From assembly GCA_045127215.1 (NCBI GenBank), contig JBGVPV010000074.1, positions 16,302 through 80,301 on the forward strand: 64,000 nt of DNA, read 5' to 3'. Positions 49,104 through 59,130 of this stretch are shown in pieces. The notes under the pieces are model-generated. The model worked only from the letters and a program-made list of their open reading frames with translations, did not search any database and was not told the origin of the DNA. This DNA comes from Eubacteriales bacterium. Lineage in GTDB: Bacteria; Bacillota; Clostridia; Oscillospirales; CAG-272. A program made the translations under genes and the position numbers. The number at the start of each line of letters is the position of its first letter. The stretch's first letter is position 1.

Positions 49104-49177
49104 TTTTGCAGTCCTCCGTTTAAAAAAATATCGTATTTGATGTTTGCGCAAATTTTGACGCATACTAAATTCATTTT

Positions 49178-49206
49178 ATTATACACTATTTTCTCGCAAA
49201 TTTCAA
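49178..49206 (-). promoter_or_regulatory. Sigma-A type promoter of efp
   Basis: Minus strand: TTGAAA, 17 nt, TATAAT with TGt. Confidence 0.5.
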
Positions 49207-49394
49207 GTGTTTTTTTGCATTTTTCCAAAAAAATATAAAATTTCCCCATCGGAAACCCTAAAACTCGGACGCGCCCCGAGCTTACGTTTTGGAAAAGCCT
49301 CGCCCGAGGCGGCAATTTATAGTGTAAAATGCTCTTTTTTCATAAAATTAAGGTGCTGTATTTGTGAGTAATAACCTAAAATATACAAAGTCCG

Positions 49395-49423
49395 TTGACA
49401 ATATGAAAAAAATATCTTATAAT
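49395..49423 (+). promoter_or_regulatory. Sigma-A type promoter of yicC-remA-gmk-rpoZ
   Basis: TTGACA, 17 nt, TATAAT, a perfect consensus. Confidence 0.55.
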
Positions 49424-49474
49424 TATATTTGTATATATTTATAGCAATTTATTTGTACGAAAGGGATCTTTCTT

Positions 49475-50362
49475 ATGATAAGAAGTATGACTGCCTTTGG
49501 CAGAGCGAAGGGTTCTGTGGGCGGCAAGGAGATAACCGTTGAGCTGCGTTCGGTGAATAACCGTTTTTTTGATTGCTCGGCAAAGCTCCCCCGCGCATTT
49601 TCCTTTCTTGAAGAAAAGATAAAGCCCCACCTCCAATCCCGCTCTATCTCGCGTGGAAAAGTGGACGTTTTTATTTCTATCGACGTCGTTGACACGCCCG
49701 ACGTAGTCATCGACATCGACGAGGGCTACGCCGCCGCCTATATAAAGGCTCTGCGTAAGCTCAGAGATCAGTTTGATCTTAACGACAACATAAGCGTAAT
49801 GAGCGTAGCGTCCAACAAGGACCTGTTCGTTATCAAGAAATCCGAGGAGGATACCGAGAAGGAATGGGCAGATCTCTGCACCGTGCTTGACGTGGCGATC
49901 GACAAATTCCTCGCCGCAAGAGAGCGCGAGGGACAAAATATCCGTCTTGACCTCGAAGGCAAAATAGCTTCTATCAGTGAAAAGGTAACGCGCATCGAAG
50001 CTCTTTCCGAGACCGACACACGCGAATACCGCATCAAGCTCGAGCAAAAGCTCAAGGATATGCTGTCCGACAGCCGCATAGTATTCGACGAGAACAGAAT
50101 ACTCACCGAGTGCGCGATATTTGCAGATAAGATAGCCATCGACGAGGAGCTTGTACGCCTGCGCTCACACTTTGACGGCTTCTCTGAGATCCTCTCGGCT
50201 GACGAGCCCGCAGGCAGACGTCTTGATTTTCTCGTTCAGGAGATCAACCGCGAGACCAATACCATTGGATCAAAATGTCAGAATTCCGCAATCGCAAAGC
50301 TCGTGGTGGATATCAAGTGCGATATCGAAAAGATACGCGAGCAGATACAGAACATCGAGTAA
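49475..50362 (+). CDS. yicC: YicC/YloC family stress-induced endoribonuclease-like protein
   Basis: MIRSMTAFGRA..EL(R)SVNNRF N-terminus, C-terminal DFLVQEINRETNTIGSK, and synteny with remA-gmk-rpoZ. Confidence 0.88.
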   Translation: MIRSMTAFGRAKGSVGGKEITVELRSVNNRFFDCSAKLPRAFSFLEEKIKPHLQSRSISRGKVDVFISIDVVDTPDVVIDIDEGYAAAYIKALRKLRDQFDLNDNISVMSVASNKDLFVIKKSEEDTEKEWADLCTVLDVAIDKFLAAREREGQNIRLDLEGKIASISEKVTRIEALSETDTREYRIKLEQKLKDMLSDSRIVFDENRILTECAIFADKIAIDEELVRLRSHFDGFSEILSADEPAGRRLDFLVQEINRETNTIGSKCQNSAIAKLVVDIKCDIEKIREQIQNIE

Positions 50363-50383
50363 TCCCAAAAGGAGAGCAAAGAT

Positions 50384-50647
50384 ATGAAGTTTATAAACAT
50401 AGGCTTTGGAAACATGGTATCGGCTGACAGAATAGTTACCATCGTCAGCCCCGACTCCGCCCCCGTCAAAAGACTTGTTCAGGACGCCAAAGACAGCGGA
50501 CGCGTTATAGACGTTTCCTGTGGCAGAAAGACACGCGCGGTCATCATAACCGACAGCGAGCACGTTATACTTTCCGCAATTCAGGCTGAAACCATCGCAA
50601 ACCGCGTTGACAACGCAGATATCGCGGACGACGAAATCGAAGAATAA
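50384..50647 (+). CDS. remA: RemA/YlzA (DUF370) regulator
   Basis: [29 protein letters not shown].. is highly characteristic of the family. Confidence 0.9.
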   Translation: MKFINIGFGNMVSADRIVTIVSPDSAPVKRLVQDAKDSGRVIDVSCGRKTRAVIITDSEHVILSAIQAETIANRVDNADIADDEIEE

Positions 50648-50678
50648 TAAATCAAACATTCAAAATACGGAGATAATC

Positions 50679-51287
50679 ATGAAAAAAGGACTTTTAGTTG
50701 TAGTATCAGGCCCCGCAGGAAGCGGTAAAGGAACTGTCGACGCCCATCTTCTCAAGAGAGACGATTTCGTTTACTCGGTATCCGCTACCACCAGAGCTCC
50801 GCGTCCGGGTGAAGTTGACGGCGTTCACTACCATTTCATTTCGGTAGAGGAATTTAAAGAAAGACTTGAGCGCGGCGATATGATCGAATATACCCAGTAC
50901 TGCGGAAACTTCTACGGAACACCCAAGAAAGAGGCTGAGGAGGTTTTGGCATCCGGCAGAAACCTCATACTTGAAATTGAGGTAGAGGGAGCGCACAACG
51001 TCAAAGCAAAATACCCCGAAGCCGTTCTCATACTCCTTCTTCCCCCCTCATATTCAGTTCAGGAGCAGCGTCTGCGCGGCAGAGGCACCGAGACTGAGGA
51101 AAAGATACTCGAGCGTCTCGCGGCGGCTCGTCAGGAAGTCACGTTCGCAAACGACTACGATTACATCGTTTATAACTACGACGGCAAGGACGCCGATGCC
51201 GCTGAGGAGATCTTGCACATAGTAATGGCAGAAAAGGCGGCTATTTCCCGTAACCCCAACGTTGCCGAGCTTTATCTCAAAGGCTGA
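50679..51287 (+). CDS. gmk: Guanylate kinase
   Basis: P-loop GPAGSGKGT and SATTRAPRPGEVDGVHYHF. ATG 50679 follows ACGGAG. Confidence 0.95.
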   Translation: MKKGLLVVVSGPAGSGKGTVDAHLLKRDDFVYSVSATTRAPRPGEVDGVHYHFISVEEFKERLERGDMIEYTQYCGNFYGTPKKEAEEVLASGRNLILEIEVEGAHNVKAKYPEAVLILLLPPSYSVQEQRLRGRGTETEEKILERLAAARQEVTFANDYDYIVYNYDGKDADAAEEILHIVMAEKAAISRNPNVAELYLKG

Positions 51288-51302
51288 TAATCTACGACAA
51301 CT

Positions 51303-51498
51303 GATTTTTGCGAGATTCCAAACGCGACTTGTCGCGTTTGATCTTCCCTAACGGTCAGATTTCGACTGCGTTCTCCCCGTGTCATTCTGAGCGGAGGACA
51401 ACGTCCGAAGTCGAAATTTTGCCTCGGCAAAATCGCCGCAGGCGGAATCCCGGGGAGAACTTCGCTCAGAATGACACGCTGAGCGTGTCGCAAAAATC
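51303..51498. repeat. Roughly 196-bp intergenic palindromic element
   Basis: Outer inverted repeat GATTTTTGCGA / TCGCAAAAATC. Inner 15-nt pair GTGTCATTCTGAGCG (51379-93) / CGCTCAGAATGACAC (51463-77). TTCTCCCCG / CGGGGAGAA pair. Local hairpins CAAACGCGAC-ttGTCGCGTTTG and ATTTTGCC-tc-GGCAAAAT. Confidence 0.85.
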
Positions 51499-51568
51499 AT
51501 ATATTGCAACTCATTACACAGTAAAATCAAAAAATAAATATATAAAACATTTTTAAGGAGAAAAAACA

Positions 51569-51898
51569 ATGCTTTACCCTACTATCGACCAGCTTACCAA
51601 GGATCAATTCAACCGCTATGAGCTCGCTCTCGCAACCGCAAAGTGCGCAAGAGCTCTGACAAACGAATACGTTGAGCAGAAGGAAGCGGCTGAAAAGGCA
51701 GCAACCGGTAACAAGGACGCTGACCGCAGCGTTATCAACGCTATCAACAAGGAGTACCGCGAGGAGAAGGCAGTAAAGAACGCCATCACAAAGATCCACA
51801 ACGGAACTTATAAGATCGTAAGAACCGAGCCCACAGAGGAAGTAGCAGAAGAAGCTACCGCTGAGGAAGTAACCGAAGAAGCTACCGACGCAGAATAA
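51569..51898 (+). CDS. rpoZ: DNA-directed RNA polymerase subunit omega with acidic C-terminal extension
   Basis: N-terminus NRYELALATAKCARAL. Position after gmk. Confidence 0.88.
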   Translation: MLYPTIDQLTKDQFNRYELALATAKCARALTNEYVEQKEAAEKAATGNKDADRSVINAINKEYREEKAVKNAITKIHNGTYKIVRTEPTEEVAEEATAEEVTEEATDAE

Positions 51899-51916
51899 TT
51901 CTTGACTCTGCACTCG

Positions 51917-51941
51917 CGGGAGGAGCAAGCCCCTCCCCTAC
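51917..51941 (-). repeat. REP-like hairpin CGGGAGGAGCAAGCCCCTCCCCTAC
   Basis: 25 of 25 nt identical to 45079-45103. Sits inside a heptamer repeat tract. Confidence 0.9.
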
Positions 51942-51950
51942 AACTGCTCT

Positions 51951-52006
51951 CTTAACTCTGCACTCTTAACTCTTCACTCTGCACTCTTCATTCTGCACTC
52001 TTCACT
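51951..52006 (+). repeat. Tandem heptamers CT(T/G)(A/C)A(C/T)T, eight copies, plus two more at 51901-51914
   Basis: cttaact ctgcact cttaact cttcact ctgcact cttcatt ctgcact cttcact. The tract ends just before the priA RBS GGAGGG. Confidence 0.9.
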
Positions 52007-52023
52007 CTCCCGGAGGGATAACT

Positions 52024-54519
52024 ATGTCCGAATACGCAGGAATACGTCTTCTCGACGTACCGTATTGTCTTGACAATACCTTTGATTATTATATACCACC
52101 AGATCTCCGCCGTGATATTCTCTGCGGAGATTTTGTCACGGTTCCTTTTGGAACTGCCAATAAGTCAAGACTCGGACTCGTGACCTCCCTTAAAGATGCG
52201 CCTGAAAACGCAGGCGTCACCTGTAAGCCCATACTATCGGTATGCGATAAGAGCCTCTCTCTTGGCGAGGAAGCGCTTGGACTGTGCCATTTTATTGCAG
52301 AGCAGACGCTGTGCACCGTGGGAGACGCGGTAAGGGCAATGGTACCCGCCTCGGTGCTGTCAAAGCTCGAGGACGTGTATACGCCCGTCGAAAACGCCCT
52401 TCTGCCCGAGGAGCTTGACTCCCCTGCCCTGTTTATATACGAGTATATCGTAAAGAAAGGCAAGGCGACCCTTGCTTCTCTGAATGCTAAATTCGGCCCT
52501 GCCACAAAGCCCGCCCTCAAAGCACTTATCGACGCAGGCGTGATAGTTCACGAATGTCAGCTTAAGGCGGAATCGGCAAAGACCGAGGAATTCTGTCAGC
52601 TTATTATTTCACGTGCGCGCGCACAAATGATATGCGAGGGGGAGGAATCCCCAAAACTCCGTTCTGCAAAGCACGTCGAGCTTCTCGAATATATGATAAG
52701 CGCCGTTGGTGAGGACGAAGAGGTTGCCGTCGCCGAGCTACTCAGCGACTGTTCAGCAACCAAAGCGCAGTTGAATGCGCTTTGCGATAAAGGACTTTTA
52801 CGCATAAACAAGCACACGATTGACAGAAGTATAGTTTCGCAGAAAATCGACAAAAAAGAATCAAAGACATGCGTGCTGAGTGCCGAACAGCAAAAAGCGT
52901 TTGAAACGCTTTGCGCGCTTGCGGACTCATCGGAAGCTCACGGCGCACTTCTGCACGGAATAACGGGAAGCGGCAAAACCAGCGTTATGCTCGCTCTGAT
53001 AGATCACGTTCTCGCCAAGGGCGAGGCGGCTATCGTTCTGCTCCCCGAAATCGCGCTCACTCCCCAATCCCTTGAGATATTCTGCTCAAGATACGGAGAG
53101 AGAGTGGCAGTCATTCACTCCGCGCTTTCCACTGGAGAGCGTTTTGATACCCACAAAAGAATTAAGAACGGTAGGGCGGACGTTATAATCGGAACCCGCT
53201 CAGCCGTTTTTGCCCCCACGTCAAAAAGACTTGGACTTATAATCATAGACGAAGAGCAGGAGCACACCTACAAATCGGATATGAATCCCAAATATCACGC
53301 GCGTGATATTGCGCGTTTTCGTTGCGCTCATCACAAGTCGCTTATGGTACTTGCCTCTGCAACCCCCTCATTCGAAAGCTACAAAAAGGCAGTAGAGGGC
53401 AAATACACGCTCGTAGAGCTTAACAGCAGATACGGCAGTGCCAAGCTTCCCACCGCAATCGTTGCGGATATGAGGTCGGAAGTGCAAACGGGCAATCTCT
53501 CACCAATCGGTACGGAGCTGTGCCGCCGTCTCGTAGAAAATCAGCAAAAGGGTGAGCAGGCAATACTTTTCCTCAACCGCCGCGGATACAATAATTTCAT
53601 AAGCTGTCGTAGCTGTGGGGAAAATATAAAATGCCCCGATTGCAGCGTTTCCATGACCTATCATACAAGCTCGTCATCATACGACTCGGGTTATCTTGCG
53701 TGTCATTGGTGTGGCAGAAGAATGCCGCTTCCCAAGGTCTGCCCGTCCTGCTCCTCCGAGCATCTGGCGAGAATGGGATACGGAACTCAACGCGTTGAGC
53801 AGGAGCTATCGCTGATACTTCCCGACTCAAAAATTCTGCGTATGGACGCAGACGCCACGACTGCAAAGAATTCTTACGACGAGCTGCTCGGTAAATTCAG
53901 AGCAAAAAAAGCAGACGTACTCCTCGGCACACAGATGGTGACCAAAGGACACGATTTCCCCGACGTAACTCTCGTTGGCGTACTGCTTGCGGATTCCTCG
54001 CTTTATCTTGACGATTACAGAGCCGCCGAGCGCACCTTTGCAATGCTGACACAGGTTATCGGACGCGCGGGACGCAGCTCCAAGGAAGGTATTGCGGTGA
54101 TACAGACCAATAATCCCGACAGCGAATGCATAAAGCTTGCCTGCGCACAGGACTACAAAAAGTTTTATGAGAGCGAGATACGTATGCGCAAGCTGCTCGT
54201 ATTCCCGCCGTTCTGCGACATAGCCCTGCTTACGCTATGCTCCTCGGACGAGCGTGAGCTTACCAAGGCGTCCGCACTGCTGTCTTCAAAGCTGACGGAA
54301 TATATGAGCGGAGAATACTCTGATCTGCCCCTTATTACGTACGGCCCGTTTGAAGCACCCGTATATAAGGTGGATAATAAATACAGAATGAGAATGGTGG
54401 TAAAATGCCGCGTCGGAAAGCGATGCCGAGAAATGCTCTCTGAGCTGCTCAAATATTTCTCAGGCTCGGGGGCTAAAGGACTTTCCCTTTCCATCGACAT
54501 AAATCCCACTAATTTATAA
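52024..54519 (+). CDS. priA: Primosomal protein N' (replication restart helicase PriA)
   Basis: Walker A GITGSGKTS, DEEQEH box, and a Cys-rich zinc insert (CRSCGENIKCPDCSVSMTYH..CHWCG..CPSC). Confidence 0.95.
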   Translation: MSEYAGIRLLDVPYCLDNTFDYYIPPDLRRDILCGDFVTVPFGTANKSRLGLVTSLKDAPENAGVTCKPILSVCDKSLSLGEEALGLCHFIAEQTLCTVGDAVRAMVPASVLSKLEDVYTPVENALLPEELDSPALFIYEYIVKKGKATLASLNAKFGPATKPALKALIDAGVIVHECQLKAESAKTEEFCQLIISRARAQMICEGEESPKLRSAKHVELLEYMISAVGEDEEVAVAELLSDCSATKAQLNALCDKGLLRINKHTIDRSIVSQKIDKKESKTCVLSAEQQKAFETLCALADSSEAHGALLHGITGSGKTSVMLALIDHVLAKGEAAIVLLPEIALTPQSLEIFCSRYGERVAVIHSALSTGERFDTHKRIKNGRADVIIGTRSAVFAPTSKRLGLIIIDEEQEHTYKSDMNPKYHARDIARFRCAHHKSLMVLASATPSFESYKKAVEGKYTLVELNSRYGSAKLPTAIVADMRSEVQTGNLSPIGTELCRRLVENQQKGEQAILFLNRRGYNNFISCRSCGENIKCPDCSVSMTYHTSSSSYDSGYLACHWCGRRMPLPKVCPSCSSEHLARMGYGTQRVEQELSLILPDSKILRMDADATTAKNSYDELLGKFRAKKADVLLGTQMVTKGHDFPDVTLVGVLLADSSLYLDDYRAAERTFAMLTQVIGRAGRSSKEGIAVIQTNNPDSECIKLACAQDYKKFYESEIRMRKLLVFPPFCDIALLTLCSSDERELTKASALLSSKLTEYMSGEYSDLPLITYGPFEAPVYKVDNKYRMRMVVKCRVGKRCREMLSELLKYFSGSGAKGLSLSIDINPTNL

Positions 54520-54552
54520 ATTACAACTTCAACTACATCAGGAGATATAAAA

Positions 54553-55005
54553 ATGGCAAAGCTTAAAATAGTTAAGGTCGGCGATCCCGTACTCAGAAAG
54601 GTATGCCGCCCCGTTGACGCGATCACACCGCGTATAAACACGTTACTTGACGATATGATAGAAACCATGCGCGAGGCAGACGGCGTAGGACTCGCCGCAC
54701 CCCAGGTTGGCGTATTGCGTCGCGTAGTAGTTATAGAAACACCCGACGAAGGACTTATCGAGCTTATCAACCCCAAGATCATCGCATACTCAGGTGAGCA
54801 GGAGGGTGAAGAAGGCTGTCTTTCCGTTCCCGGCAGATGGGGTATTACCAAGCGACCCATGCACGTCACCGTACGCGCCGTTAACAGAGCGGGCGAGACC
54901 TTTGACATCACAGGCTCGGGATTGCTTGCAAAGGCTTTTTGCCACGAGATAGATCACCTCGACGGCAAGCTTTATATCGACATCGCAAAAATGATAGATG
55001 CATAA
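54553..55005 (+). CDS. def: Peptide deformylase
   Basis: GVGLAAPQ, EGCLS and HEIDH motifs. Confidence 0.96.
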   Translation: MAKLKIVKVGDPVLRKVCRPVDAITPRINTLLDDMIETMREADGVGLAAPQVGVLRRVVVIETPDEGLIELINPKIIAYSGEQEGEEGCLSVPGRWGITKRPMHVTVRAVNRAGETFDITGSGLLAKAFCHEIDHLDGKLYIDIAKMIDA

Positions 55006-55017
55006 CGGAGGACTTAA

Positions 55018-55950
55018 ATGAAAATACTGTTTATGGGTACGCCCGATTTTGCCGTATTCTCTCTCAGATCTCTTCTTGAATCAAATCACGAGATCCTCGG
55101 CGTTATAACACAGCCCGACAAGCCCAAGGGACGCGGATACGCGCTCCTGCCTCCCCCCGTCAAATCCTTTGCGACCGAAAAAGGCCTCCCCGTATATCAG
55201 CCAAACACCTTGCGTGACGAGGCGTTTGCAAAGCTACTTGCCGAAATAGACCCCGAGGTCATAGTAGTCGTTGCGTTTGGAAAGATACTTCCCGTAAGCG
55301 TGCTTGATTACCCCAAGTACGGCTGTATAAACGTTCACGGTTCCCTGCTTCCTGAGTACCGCGGCGCCGCCCCCATGCAAAGAGCTATAATCGATGGTAA
55401 GACCGTTACGGGTATTACCACGATGTATATGGCGGACGGAATCGACACAGGCGATATGCTTCTCAAAGAGGAAGTGGCTATTGAAGAAAACGACAATTTT
55501 GAAGATGTACACGACAAGCTCGGCGCATGCGGCGCTTCTCTCATAGTAAAGACGCTCGATATGCTCCAGCGCGGAGAGCTTGAGCGCATTCCTCAGGATC
55601 ACACTTTGGCGACACACGCCGCAAAGATCACCAAGGAGGACTGCGAGCTTGACTTTACCAAAGACGCAAAACAACTCCATGACCTTATCAGAGGTCTTTC
55701 CCCTATTCCCCTTGCATTTACCCACACGCCCGACGGCAAGATGCTTAAGATCACGGAAGCAAGACTTATCTCTGCTGACGCATCCTGCGGCAAGGCAGGT
55801 GAGATAATCGCCACCGAGGGTGGCTTTGACGTCGCCTGCGGCAAGGGTGCTTTAAGAATTCTCGGAGTTCTTCCCGAGGGCAAGGCGCGTATGTCTGCGG
55901 CGGATTTCGTCCGCGGCAGAAAAGTAGGAATAGGAGATATACTTAAATAA
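55018..55950 (+). CDS. fmt: Methionyl-tRNA formyltransferase
   Basis: MKILFMGTPDFAV and NVHGSLLPEYRGAAP. Confidence 0.96.
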   Translation: MKILFMGTPDFAVFSLRSLLESNHEILGVITQPDKPKGRGYALLPPPVKSFATEKGLPVYQPNTLRDEAFAKLLAEIDPEVIVVVAFGKILPVSVLDYPKYGCINVHGSLLPEYRGAAPMQRAIIDGKTVTGITTMYMADGIDTGDMLLKEEVAIEENDNFEDVHDKLGACGASLIVKTLDMLQRGELERIPQDHTLATHAAKITKEDCELDFTKDAKQLHDLIRGLSPIPLAFTHTPDGKMLKITEARLISADASCGKAGEIIATEGGFDVACGKGALRILGVLPEGKARMSAADFVRGRKVGIGDILK

Positions 55951-55975
55951 TCTCAATATCCCAAAGGAGACAAAC

Positions 55976-56674
55976 ATGCTGTTCGGTTGGTTTTATTACG
56001 ATTGGACTATCCTTATAGTTTTACCTGCCCTTATCATCTCCATGATAGCGCAGGCAAAAGTATCATCGGCATACAAAAAATATGCCGCTTATTCGACTCG
56101 GAACGTCACGGGCTATGCGGCGGCAAGGACAATACTTGACGCGAACGGTCTTTCGCACGTTGCCATCGAGCGTGTACGCGGACATCTTACCGACCATTAC
56201 GATCCCAAGGCTAACGTCATACGCCTCTCAGACTCGGTCTATGACGCCGCAAACGTAGCGGCGGTAGGCGTTGCGGCTCACGAGGCAGGACACGCGGTTC
56301 AGTACGCGTTCGGATACGCCCCCATAAAGCTGAGAATGGCGATAATCCCCGTGACACGCTTTGGCTCTATGATGGCAGTACCGCTCTTTATAATAGGACT
56401 GCTTATGGCAAGTGAATCCTTTATGGTACTCGGCATAGTTCTCTACGCCGCAGTTACGCTTTTCCAGCTTGTGACTCTTCCCGTAGAGTTCAACGCGTCA
56501 TCAAGAGCGCTCAAGGCGCTTGACGCAAGAGGCATACTTTCCTCAGAGCAGAAGGTGGGAGCTAAAAAGGTGCTCTCTGCCGCCGCTCTTACCTACGTTG
56601 CGGCGCTTCTGACCTCACTTCTGACCTTGCTCAGACTTGTCCTGCTTGCATCAAACAGAAATTCAAGAAGGTAA
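55976..56674 (+). CDS. Membrane zinc metallopeptidase (YpfJ/putative neutral zinc metallopeptidase family)
   Basis: HEAGHAVQ motif and 3-4 TM helices. Confidence 0.8.
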   Translation: MLFGWFYYDWTILIVLPALIISMIAQAKVSSAYKKYAAYSTRNVTGYAAARTILDANGLSHVAIERVRGHLTDHYDPKANVIRLSDSVYDAANVAAVGVAAHEAGHAVQYAFGYAPIKLRMAIIPVTRFGSMMAVPLFIIGLLMASESFMVLGIVLYAAVTLFQLVTLPVEFNASSRALKALDARGILSSEQKVGAKKVLSAAALTYVAALLTSLLTLLRLVLLASNRNSRR

Positions 56675-56679
56675 CCAAA

Positions 56680-57984
56680 ATGGCAAAAAACCAAACGCAG
56701 AATCCACGCGAGCTGGTATTTGAGCTTTTGCAAAGACTGGAGAGCTCAAAGCAGTTTTCTAATATCGCGCTTGATCACGCGCTCTCGTCCTCACAGCTCT
56801 CGGACGCTGACCGCCGTCTTGCGTCAGCGCTTTTCTACGGTGTTATCGAACGAATGATAACGCTTGACGCACGAATTTCTCAACTGTCAAGCAGAAAGAT
56901 AGAGGATATAGACAAAAAGACCCTCACAGCGATAAGGCTCGGACTTTATCAGCTTATGTATATGGACAAAATTCCGCCTCACGCGGCTATCAACGAAACC
57001 GTTTCCTTGTGTTCTACTAAAAGTCGAGGCTTTGTAAACGGCATTTGCCGTGCTCATACGAGATCCCCCGAAATGACGCTACCGTCGGCATCGGAGCATC
57101 CCGCCGCGCATCTTTCGGTAAAGCACTCCGTAGGAGAGCCGATCTGTCAGAGATTTATAGATATCTTCGGTTTTGAAAGATCCGACTCCATATTTAACTC
57201 TCTTTGCGGCGGCGAGGGCACTACACTCAGAATAAACACGCTGAAGATAAGCCGAGACGATTTTTGCGCACAAGCTGATAATGCGGTAGCGGACGAGCTT
57301 TGCCCGACCGCCGCGTTTATCAAGGGCTCGGTTCGAGACACGTACGGATTTGACGAGGGCCTGTTCTTCGTACAGGATCGCGCGTCTCAGATATGCACCG
57401 CGGTGCTTGGAGCAAAAGAAGGAGACACGGTCATTGACGTATGCTCCTGCCCCGGTTCAAAAAGCTTTGGCGCGGCGATAGACATGAACAACACGGGTAA
57501 AATACTCGCGTTCGACCTCCACGCAAAAAAGCTCCCTCTCATAACCGACGGAGCAAAAAGACTTGGTATAGACATAATAACCGCCGCTCAATGCGACGGC
57601 AGAACTCCTATTGACGAGCTTGTGGAAAATGCGGACAAGGTTCTTTGCGACGTCCCCTGCTCGGGCTTTGGCGTCCTTGCAAAGAAGCCCGAGCTGAGAT
57701 ACAAGGACCCCGCAGAGTCCGACGCGCTTCCCGCCATACAGCTCGCAATACTTAACAACGCCTCGCGTTACGTAAAGCACGGCGGAACGCTGGTATATTC
57801 CACCTGCACGGTATTTCCCCGTGAGAACGAACAAAATATCGGGCGTTTTTTAGAAAGCAATAGAGATTTCATTCTCACACCCTTTGAGTACGGAGGCGTA
57901 AAAGCCCCCGAGGGATACGTCACACTCCTGCCCGACGAGCACGGTACGGACGGATTTTTCATCGCAAAACTTACAAAAATTTAA
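56680..57984 (+). CDS. rsmB: 16S rRNA (cytosine967-C5)-methyltransferase RsmB
   Basis: NusB-like N-terminal domain. SAM methyltransferase motifs DVCSCPGSKS, DVPCSGFGV and YSTCT. Confidence 0.9.
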   Translation: MAKNQTQNPRELVFELLQRLESSKQFSNIALDHALSSSQLSDADRRLASALFYGVIERMITLDARISQLSSRKIEDIDKKTLTAIRLGLYQLMYMDKIPPHAAINETVSLCSTKSRGFVNGICRAHTRSPEMTLPSASEHPAAHLSVKHSVGEPICQRFIDIFGFERSDSIFNSLCGGEGTTLRINTLKISRDDFCAQADNAVADELCPTAAFIKGSVRDTYGFDEGLFFVQDRASQICTAVLGAKEGDTVIDVCSCPGSKSFGAAIDMNNTGKILAFDLHAKKLPLITDGAKRLGIDIITAAQCDGRTPIDELVENADKVLCDVPCSGFGVLAKKPELRYKDPAESDALPAIQLAILNNASRYVKHGGTLVYSTCTVFPRENEQNIGRFLESNRDFILTPFEYGGVKAPEGYVTLLPDEHGTDGFFIAKLTKI

Positions 57985-57994
57985 GGAGCTTACT

Positions 57995-59074
57995 ATGACA
58001 GGCACATCTGCACCGGACAACAAAATAGATCTTTTGTCGCTTAATATAGGTGAGCTTGAATCCCTTGTCAGCGATCTTGGAGAACCCAAGTACCGCGCAA
58101 AACAGCTTTTCATTCCGATGCACAAGGGTATCTCCCCCGACGGTATAACCAACGTTGGAAAGGCACTCAAGGCAAAGCTTGCGGAGCGTGCCGTATACTC
58201 ACTTCCCACGGTAAGACGAAAGCTGGTATCCGCTATTGACGGCACAGTAAAATACCTCTTTGGTCTTAGTGACGGCAACTCCGTCGAAAGTGTGGTTATG
58301 AAATACAAGCACGGAAACACCATCTGCATCTCCTCTCAGGTAGGCTGCCGTATGGGCTGTAAATTCTGCGCGTCTACCATCGGCGGCAAGATACGCGATC
58401 TTGCCCCCTCTGAAATGCTCGGTCAGATAATCGTGGCTCAGAACGATATCGGAGAACGCATCTCCAACGTCGTTATGATGGGTATAGGCGAGCCGCTTGA
58501 CAACTACGCAAATGTGCTGAAATTTTTGGAGCTTGTCAACAGCGAGGACGGACTTAACATAGGTTACAGACATATTTCCCTGTCCACCTGCGGACTTGCT
58601 GAAAAGATAGACGATCTCGCAGAAAAAAATCTGCCCATCACGCTCTCTATCTCACTTCACGCATCCGACAATGAAACGCGAAGCAGCATAATGCCCGTAA
58701 ACAAAAAGTGGAATATTGAAAGACTTCTTGGCGCCTGCAAGAATTACTACACGCACACGGGTAGAAGAATATCATTTGAATACACTCTTATCTCGGGTAA
58801 AAACGACTCACGCGAGGCGGCTCTCGCGCTTGCCGCGCTTCTCAACAGACATCTGCGCGGTGTAAACGACACAATGCCCATTCACGTAAATCTCATTCCC
58901 GTAAACCCCGTCACCGAAAGCGGATTTTCAAGCTCGGAGAAAAAGACGGTAGCAGAGTTTGCCGCCACTCTTGAACGCAAGGGCGTGCGCGCTACCGTGC
59001 GCCGTACTCTCGGCGCTGACATAAACGCATCCTGCGGACAGCTTCGCCGCGAGGAAGAACAAAACAAGAACTGA
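57995..59074 (+). CDS. rlmN: 23S rRNA/tRNA (adenine-C2)-methyltransferase RlmN (radical SAM)
   Basis: CRMGCKFCAS radical-SAM cluster motif, MGIGEPL, and C-terminal SCGQL. Confidence 0.94.
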   Translation: MTGTSAPDNKIDLLSLNIGELESLVSDLGEPKYRAKQLFIPMHKGISPDGITNVGKALKAKLAERAVYSLPTVRRKLVSAIDGTVKYLFGLSDGNSVESVVMKYKHGNTICISSQVGCRMGCKFCASTIGGKIRDLAPSEMLGQIIVAQNDIGERISNVVMMGIGEPLDNYANVLKFLELVNSEDGLNIGYRHISLSTCGLAEKIDDLAEKNLPITLSISLHASDNETRSSIMPVNKKWNIERLLGACKNYYTHTGRRISFEYTLISGKNDSREAALALAALLNRHLRGVNDTMPIHVNLIPVNPVTESGFSSSEKKTVAEFAATLERKGVRATVRRTLGADINASCGQLRREEEQNKN

Positions 59075-59130
59075 CAGTGCATAGTGAAACCGACTCACGC
59101 CGCGATATACATAAATCACGGAGTCGGTAA

